64,000 nt of DNA from an uncultured Chloroflexia bacterium. GTDB taxonomy: Bacteria; Chloroflexota; Anaerolineae; CG2-30-64-16. The first letter of the stretch is position 1. The number at the start of each line of letters is the position of its first letter. The notes beneath the pieces were generated by a model. It saw only the letters and a list, made by a program, of their open reading frames with translations, had not been told where the DNA came from and searched no databases. Positions 55,864 through 64,000 of the stretch are shown here, piece after piece. Made by a program: the position numbers and the translations under genes. The stretch spans positions 160,001 through 224,000 of the forward strand of contig CAVZDU010000001.1 of the NCBI GenBank assembly GCA_963774265.1. Direction: 5' to 3'.

Positions 55864-56724
55864 ATGACCTCTCAACGATACGCTGCGCGGGAATCGCGCA
55901 TGCTTCCATTCACGAACCGGCTTGCGCGCCTGCCCTATTGGCTTCTCGCGACGATCCTGCTGGGCGTCATCTTCCTGTGGATCATGCTGGCCAACGCCGA
56001 TTATCGCGTCATCCTGAACGCGGTGGCGCGGGGCGTCGGCACGACCGTTTATGTAACATTTGTTGCATATCTGCTGGCAATCTTTATCGGGCTCGTCATT
56101 GGGCTGATGCGGGTGTCACAGGTTCGGATTGCGCACGAGGTCTCGACGTTTTACGTGGAGATCCTGCGCGGTGTGCCCATGCTGGTGATCCTCTACTACA
56201 TCGCCTTTGTCGGCGCACCGGGCCTGGCCCATGCTATCAACGCCGTCGGACAATTGCTGGCCGGCGCCGGGCCCCTGGCGGGCCTTGGCCGGGCGCTGAG
56301 TGGTTTCCAGGTGCGCGACCTGGATTTCACGACGCGCGCCATCATCGCGCTGACGCTGGGCTACAGCGCCTTCATCGCCGAGATCTTTCGCGCGGGGATC
56401 CAGTCGATCGGCCGGGGGCAAATGGAGGCGGCGCGTTCTCTGGGGATGTCCTACCGGCAAGCCATGGAAAGCATAATCCTGCCCCAGGCCGTGCGCACCG
56501 TGCTGCCGCCGCTGGGCAACGATTTGATCGCCATGTTGAAAGACTCGTCGCTCGTGTCGGTGCTGGGGGTGCAGGACATCACCCAGCTCGGCAAGGTCTA
56601 CTCCGCCAGCACGTTTCGTTTTTTTGAGACCTACAACGTGGTGGCTTTCCTCTACCTGGTCATGACCCTCGGGCTGACGCTGTTCGTGCGCTGGATCGAA
56701 CGACGTATGGCTCGGCGCGCCTAG
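55864..56724 (+). CDS. Polar amino-acid ABC permease
   Basis: [45 protein letters not shown]. Confidence 0.92.
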   Translation: MTSQRYAARESRMLPFTNRLARLPYWLLATILLGVIFLWIMLANADYRVILNAVARGVGTTVYVTFVAYLLAIFIGLVIGLMRVSQVRIAHEVSTFYVEILRGVPMLVILYYIAFVGAPGLAHAINAVGQLLAGAGPLAGLGRALSGFQVRDLDFTTRAIIALTLGYSAFIAEIFRAGIQSIGRGQMEAARSLGMSYRQAMESIILPQAVRTVLPPLGNDLIAMLKDSSLVSVLGVQDITQLGKVYSASTFRFFETYNVVAFLYLVMTLGLTLFVRWIERRMARRA

Positions 56725-58320
56725 CAGCCTGTCGGGGAGTTGCCACTGTGGGACAGGCTGAATCGTGATACACTGGTCGCATGACCAGAAAATTCAAGAC
56801 GGTTGACTACGAAGCGGCTCTCGATCAGACGGTCAGTCTGCGAGAAGCGTTGCCGGCCAATCATCTGGCTCGGTTCGTGGTAGAGTTGGTGGCCCAGCTG
56901 GATTTAACCAACATCTACCAACGCTATGGAGCACACGGCGGCGAAGCCTATGCGCCGGAGATCCTGCTGGCGCTGTTGTTTTACGGCTACGCCACTGGCG
57001 TGTTCAGTTCCCGCAAGATCGAAAGGGCGACCTACGAGACGTTGCCTTTCCGGTTTGTAGCGGGCGGGCTGCATCCCGATCACGACACGCTGGCGAACTT
57101 TCGCAAGACGTTTCGGGTCGAGATCAAAGAGCTGTTCGTGCAAGTGCTGTTTCTGGCCCAGGCTACTGGCTACTTCAAGCTTGGCAACATCAGCATGGAT
57201 GGCTCCAAGGTGCATGCCAATGCTTCCAAGAGCAAGGCGATCAGCTTCAAACGGCTACTGGAACTGGAAGCCCACTTGCGGGCCGAAGTGGACCAGTTGT
57301 TCATCCTGGCTGAACAGGCGGACCGCCACGAACTGTCGGACGCCATGAATGTCGCCGACGAGATCACTTTACGACAGGAACGTCTTGAGCGGTTGGCCGA
57401 GGCCAAGAAGGTGCTGCAAGCCCGGGCGCAGGAGCGGCAGGCGGCCGAGCAGGCCGAGTACGAAGCCAAGCAACGTGAGCGCGCTGGCCAAAGCCAAGCG
57501 CTCAGGACGCAAGCCGCCGGGACGGCCGCCAACGCCGCCGTCTGGCGAGCCGCAGGACAAGGACCCGTACAACTTCACCGACCCTGAGTCGCGGATCATG
57601 AAGTGTTCCAGCAGCGCCGGGTTTGAGCAAGCCTACAACGCCCAGGTGGCAGTAGACCAGGATAGCTTGTTGATCGTCGCCTATAGCTTGTCCAACCACC
57701 CGAACGACAAAGCCGAGGCTGAACCAACTCTGGAAGCTCTGCCACCGGCCCTGGGCACGCCCGCAGCGGCGGCGCTGGACAACGGCTTCTGGAGCGAGAA
57801 GAATCTCGCTGCTCTGGAAAAGCGGCGCATCGAGCCTTACATCGCCACGGGCCGCGAGCCGCATCACAAGAGTTGGCAAGAGCGCTTCACCGCCGAGCCC
57901 GAGCCGCCAGCGGAGGATGCCAGCCCGCAGGTCAAGATGGCCTACAGGCTGCGTACTGAGATCGGCCAGGCGATCTACCGCTTACGCAAATGCACCGTCG
58001 AGCCGGTGATTGGCATCATCAAAGCGGTGCTCGGCTTCCGCCAGTTCTCGTTACGCGGCCTCAACGCCGCCGATAGCGAATGGGCCCTGGTCTGTTTGGC
58101 CTTTAACCTGAAGCGCATGCATACGTTGAGCTTGGCCTAACCGCGCCCAGCGCATGCTGGAGGCGGCTCGATGCAGCGCCGCCCGCCTGAGTTTGGGATG
58201 TTAAGGATCATTTTCGATACTCGCCTGCCGGAGACCGTCACTACCAGCCGCTAACGTTAGCCCTTTGGGCTTACCGTACCGGCTGTTAGCCAGCCAATAA
58301 CGCTCCTCTCCGACAGGCTG
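56725..58320 (+). mobile_element. IS1182-family element, 1596 bp
   Basis: TIRs CAGCCTGTCGGGGAG / rc CAGCCTGTCGGAGAG; CTAG TSD at 56721-24 and 58321-24. Confidence 0.9.
56781..58140 (+). CDS. IS1182 transposase; frameshift near 57480
   Basis: YGYATGVFSSRKIE, PDHDTL..FR, DGSKV.ANAS, NFTDPESRIM, AYNAQ, RKCTVEPV.G.IK...GFRQF.LRG. Confidence 0.9.
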
Positions 58321-60140
58321 CTAGAGCCACAGCACCAATTGCGCGGGGGAATCCAGCACCAGGTCCGCCTCGTTGAAGTCGCCATCCTGGCCGAAGCCAC
58401 AGCGCACCCCAACGGCCAGCGCGCCGGCCGCCTTCCCCGCGTGGACATCCACGACGGTGTCGCCCACCATGATGCACTGTTCCGCGGGCACGCCGAGCAG
58501 CTCGGCGGCCAGCCGCACCGCCATCGGATGGGGTTTCATGTGCGGAACGTCCTCGCGCGTCACCACTGCACCGAGCAGGCTGCGCACCCCAACCTGGTGC
58601 AGGATGGCTTCGGTTTCTCCGCGCTCGCGATTAGTGACGATCCCCAACAGGTAACCGCGGCTGCGCAACACGCGTAGTGCGTCCGTGACGCCGGCCACGC
58701 TCTCACAACACGGCAGCTCAGCCTCGCCGGTGACGCGGCGGACCCAGCGCCGGACGCGGTATGCGGCATCGTCCAGGTGGACGCGGTCCAGCAGGGTGAT
58801 CGTCAAATTGGCCGGGCCTTCCAACACCATGACGGCCCGGCGGGCGAGCGCGAGCCGCTGCGTTTCGGACAATAACTGCCTGAAGATGGTCATCTTGCTG
58901 GCCGCCCAACGCGAAAGGTAATCGTCCGTCTCGACCAGCGTGCCATCGATATCGAAAAGGATCGCCGCCACCGCGCGCTTCTGGACGGTTTCGCCCCAAA
59001 TCAGCCGGTGGTCGGGCGTTTCAGGCTCGACAAACGGCTCCTGGTCAAACAGCTTGCGCAGGACATACCCGCCCAGCACACGCGTGCCCGCGATGGTCGG
59101 CGCGGCGAGGAGGATGCCGAGGATGCCGCCCAGGGCGCCGCCGGAAAAGGCGCCGATGATCACCACGGCCGGATGCAGGCGAATGCGGGCGCCGACGACG
59201 CGCGGCAGCAGATAGAGGTTCTCAACCTGTTGGACGAGGATGTAAACCAGGGTGACGAGAAGCGCAAACCAGATATTGGGCAAGGGCAGCCACGATGAGC
59301 CCAGCACCAGTGCAAAGGCAACGCCGGGGATCGCGGCGAGCACGGGGCCGATGGATGGCACGAATTCGAGCAATGCAGAAATCACGCCCAGCATCGGGGC
59401 GTTGCGCACCCCCAGGACCGTCATCAGGAGCCAGACGACCACACCGACGATGATGCCGAGCAGCACCTGGCCCCGGACAAACGAGTCCCAGATCAGGGAA
59501 AGCTCACGCCAGAGCCGCCCCAACTCAGGCCGCCAGGGATCGGGAACGCGTTCAGAGATGAACCGGCCGAAGCGCGGTCCGTCGCGCGCCGTGTAAAACG
59601 CGACAACGAGGATGACGAAGAACCAGACGATCCCGTTGACCGCGCCCTGAGCACGGTCGTGAGGCCGCTGGCGAACGGGGTGACCAGGGTCTGCATGTTG
59701 CTGATGTTGCCGAGCTCAGGCCCCACCACCGACTGCAGCCATTGGTTGATCGGCTGGTAGAACGGACCGAGGTTGATGACCAGGTCCGGGGTGATCTCGA
59801 TGGGCTTCGGCGTGACACTCAACAGCTCGTTGACAACCTTGGTAAAGGTGACGCTGAACGCCCCCACCGCATTGACGAGCCGCGGGGCAATGGCGGCCGG
59901 CAGCGCAAATAGCACCAGCACCGCCAGGACCTGCACGACGGCCACCACCGCCGTGCGTGACCAGCCGGTGTTGCGCTGCGCCCACGGAATGGGGACAGAC
60001 ACCAGGTAGGCCAGGAACAGGGCGATGATCAGGGGTGCGATGATCACGCTGACGCGGGATAGCAGGAACACCACCGCGACCAGGAGTGCCACGGTGACGA
60101 GCTGCTTGACAAAAGGCGTCCAGTGCGTGTCCGAATGCAT
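58321..60140 (-). CDS. AI-2E-family membrane protein fused to a HAD-superfamily hydrolase; frameshift near 59645
   Basis: FVRGQV, LEFVPSIGP, QQVEN..L.PRVVG...LHP, GILLAAP; then ILFDIDGTLVET, GIVTN, KPHP, MVGD...D. Confidence 0.85.
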
Positions 60141-60189
60141 GCGCGAAATCTTACCACATGCGTCCCAACCACTCAATTCGGGCGCCATC

Positions 60190-60220
60190 AAAAAAACCTC
60201 CGAGGCGACCTCGGAGGTTT
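60190..60220 (-). terminator. Rho-independent terminator after lepB
   Basis: Minus strand AAACCTCCGAGG-TCG-CCTCGGAGG-TTTTTTT. Confidence 0.85.
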
Positions 60221-60243
60221 ATTGCGATTCTGCTACGACCGGC

Positions 60244-60819
60244 TCAATCCACCGGCCCGATCTCTTCCAGGGGCCAGTAGCGGAAGAGCGCCCTGCCGAT
60301 CAACTCTTCCATCGGCACGGGGCCGAAGGTGCGTGAGTCACGGCTGGCCGAGCGGTTGTCGCCCATGACGAATACATTGAAAGGAGGCACAACCCACGAA
60401 CGGCCGCTGCCCTGCGTCGGTTGATCCAGGTACGGCTCGGAGATCGGCGTGCCGTCGACGTAGACCCTGCCATCGGCAAGGGTCACCCGTTCGCCGGGCA
60501 ATCCGACGATACGCTTGATCAGCAGTTCCGGGCTGCCGCCCGGGTCGCGCAGCACCACCACATCGCCCCGCCTGGGACCGTGGAGGTGGTAGCTGAGCTT
60601 CTCGATCACCAATCGTTCGTTGGTGTGGAGATTCGGCTCCATGCTCTGGCCGTAGACGCGTGTCGCCTGGGCCAGGAACAGATGAATCAAGAGTGCGATG
60701 ACGATGGCAGGCACGATCGTGCCCACCATGTCCCGCAGTACTGCCCCTACCCACGAACCGAATTCAGACTGCGGTTTCGGTTCGTCCGGCGGAGGCAGCA
60801 CCGGCAGCTCATTAGCCAT
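60244..60819 (-). CDS. lepB: Signal peptidase I
   Basis: GQSMEPNL, RGDVVV, LIKRIVGLPGE, FVMGDNR..SRDSR.FG.V. Confidence 0.93.
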   Translation of the reverse strand: MANELPVLPPPDEPKPQSEFGSWVGAVLRDMVGTIVPAIVIALLIHLFLAQATRVYGQSMEPNLHTNERLVIEKLSYHLHGPRRGDVVVLRDPGGSPELLIKRIVGLPGERVTLADGRVYVDGTPISEPYLDQPTQGSGRSWVVPPFNVFVMGDNRSASRDSRTFGPVPMEELIGRALFRYWPLEEIGPVD

Positions 60820-60842
60820 ACATCACCCACGGAGATAGGATT

Positions 60843-63086
<2,244 letters not shown>

Positions 63087-63219
63087 TGAAAACCCTGAAC
63101 CTCTCTCCTGCTCGCGGCAGGATTTGCCATAGTGAGGGCATACGCATCCAGGCGCATTCCTCATAGTATCTGTCCGGAGAAGTTCAGGGACTGGGGACTG
63201 GGGCCTAGGCTGGATCCTT

Positions 63220-63280
63220 GTAGAGACGTAGCATGCTACGTCTCTACCCATGCTACGTCTCTACCCATGCTACGTCTGTG
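63220..63280. repeat. GTAG-type REP palindrome with tandem 17-bp half-copies in the rpsO-pnp spacer
   Basis: GTAGAGACGTAGCATGCTACGTCTCTAC (63220-63247) followed by CCATGCTACGTCTCTAC and a degenerate copy. Confidence 0.85.
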
Positions 63281-63419
63281 CCACCCCTAGGTTCCACTCC
63301 CCAATTCCTGCGCCCTCCGGCCCAATCAAACGTCTAACCACCAAACGAGTAGATACGACAAATCGCATCTACTCGTCAATGGGGCCGCTTACGATTTGGA
63401 TCGCTTCAACCGCTTTCGT

Positions 63420-63690
63420 TTACTTGCGCAGGCCCAGGCGCTCGATCAGCTCCTGGTAGCGCTCCGGGTCCTTCGTGGCTCAGATACGCCAGGTGCCGGC
63501 GGCGCTGGCCGACCAGCTTGAGCAGACCACGGCGCGAAGACTGATCGTGCTTGTGCGTCTTCAGATGATCGATCAGTGCATTGATGCGCGTCGTCAGGAT
63601 CGCAACCTGCACTTCCGGCGACCCCGTATCACTGGCGTGTACGTGGTATTCCTGGATGATGGCGTTCTTTTCAATCTTTGAGAGAGCCAT
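63420..63690 (-). CDS. rpsO: 30S ribosomal protein S15; one frameshift near 63475
   Basis: [41 protein letters not shown]...LGLRK. Confidence 0.96.
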
Positions 63691-63779
63691 TGCAGAACAC
63701 TCCTTTCGTGATAGTGACCGGGGCACCGCTGGAATACCAAGGCGCATGTCCCAGTCGACTTACGGGTGAGAGTATACCA
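63691..63779 (-). promoter_or_regulatory. rpsO extended -10 promoter and 5' leader (likely S15 autoregulatory region)
   Basis: TGgTATACT at 63779-63771, ~75-nt leader with SD AAAGGAG; regulatory role inferred from known rpsO leaders. Confidence 0.5.
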
Positions 63780-64000
63780 CGCGATCCGGCGAGAGGCAAA
63801 ACGGGGCCGCGCGTGCTGCTGCGGGGGCGCGAGGGGGCTACTGCTTCCTGGCCGGGGGCCGCCGGCCGCTGCGCACCCCGCAGACCACAAGAGCTCGCCG
63901 GCCATCGGCCTGCCTGCGCAAGCCCAGCATGTAGGAAAGCGGTGCTGCGTACGCCCTCTGGGTAGAGCCGTTCCTGAGTTGCCTCCGGAACTCCTCCAGA

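Noticed and set aside
63220-63280. CRISPR-like array
   Set aside because: Repeats are directly adjacent with no unique spacers and no cas genes; this is a REP palindrome with partial copies.
63838-64000. Minus-strand ORF fragment at the window end (LEEFRRQLRNGSTQRAY...)
   Set aside because: Truncated by the window edge and too short to assign.

Overview
High-GC chromosomal window that looks like a Chloroflexota (Anaerolineae-like) genome. The assignment is inferred from [VI][YF]LP[LF]V-tagged secreted proteins, Ala/Pro/Thr-linker lipoproteins and gene content. Many genes, including rpsO, pnp and leuS, carry 1-bp frameshifts, best explained as long-read assembly indels. Housekeeping genes: OmpR-type regulator, radical SAM enzyme, leuS, MoaD/ThiS, lepB, pnp, rpsO. 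Metabolic genes: aldehyde:ferredoxin oxidoreductase; a nucleoside ABC importer with a xanthine-dehydrogenase-type Mo subunit; a Liv-type ABC importer with UPF0261/Tm-1-like, TIM-barrel and GH3 genes; a polar amino-acid ABC pair. There are two giant secreted multidomain proteins, three IS elements with readable ends and target duplications (ISNCY-like, IS630, IS1182), REP-type palindromes and a decayed accessory islet at 28.4-31.5 kb. The best candidate for an undescribed system is a four-gene operon at 50.3-54.0 kb: 2x[4Fe-4S] ferredoxin, NAD(P)/FAD oxidoreductase, His-rich membrane protein and a membrane-anchored 18-heme c-type cytochrome, together resembling a trans-membrane electron conduit. 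Other leads are a ~50-bp inverted-repeat-bounded cassette, a 31-aa membrane peptide with a hairpin-occluded RBS, a Fur-FeoA fusion, an AI-2E-HAD fusion and a ceramide-synthase-like GNAT paired with an MFS_2 transporter. All family calls come from motif recognition by eye; no database searches were run.
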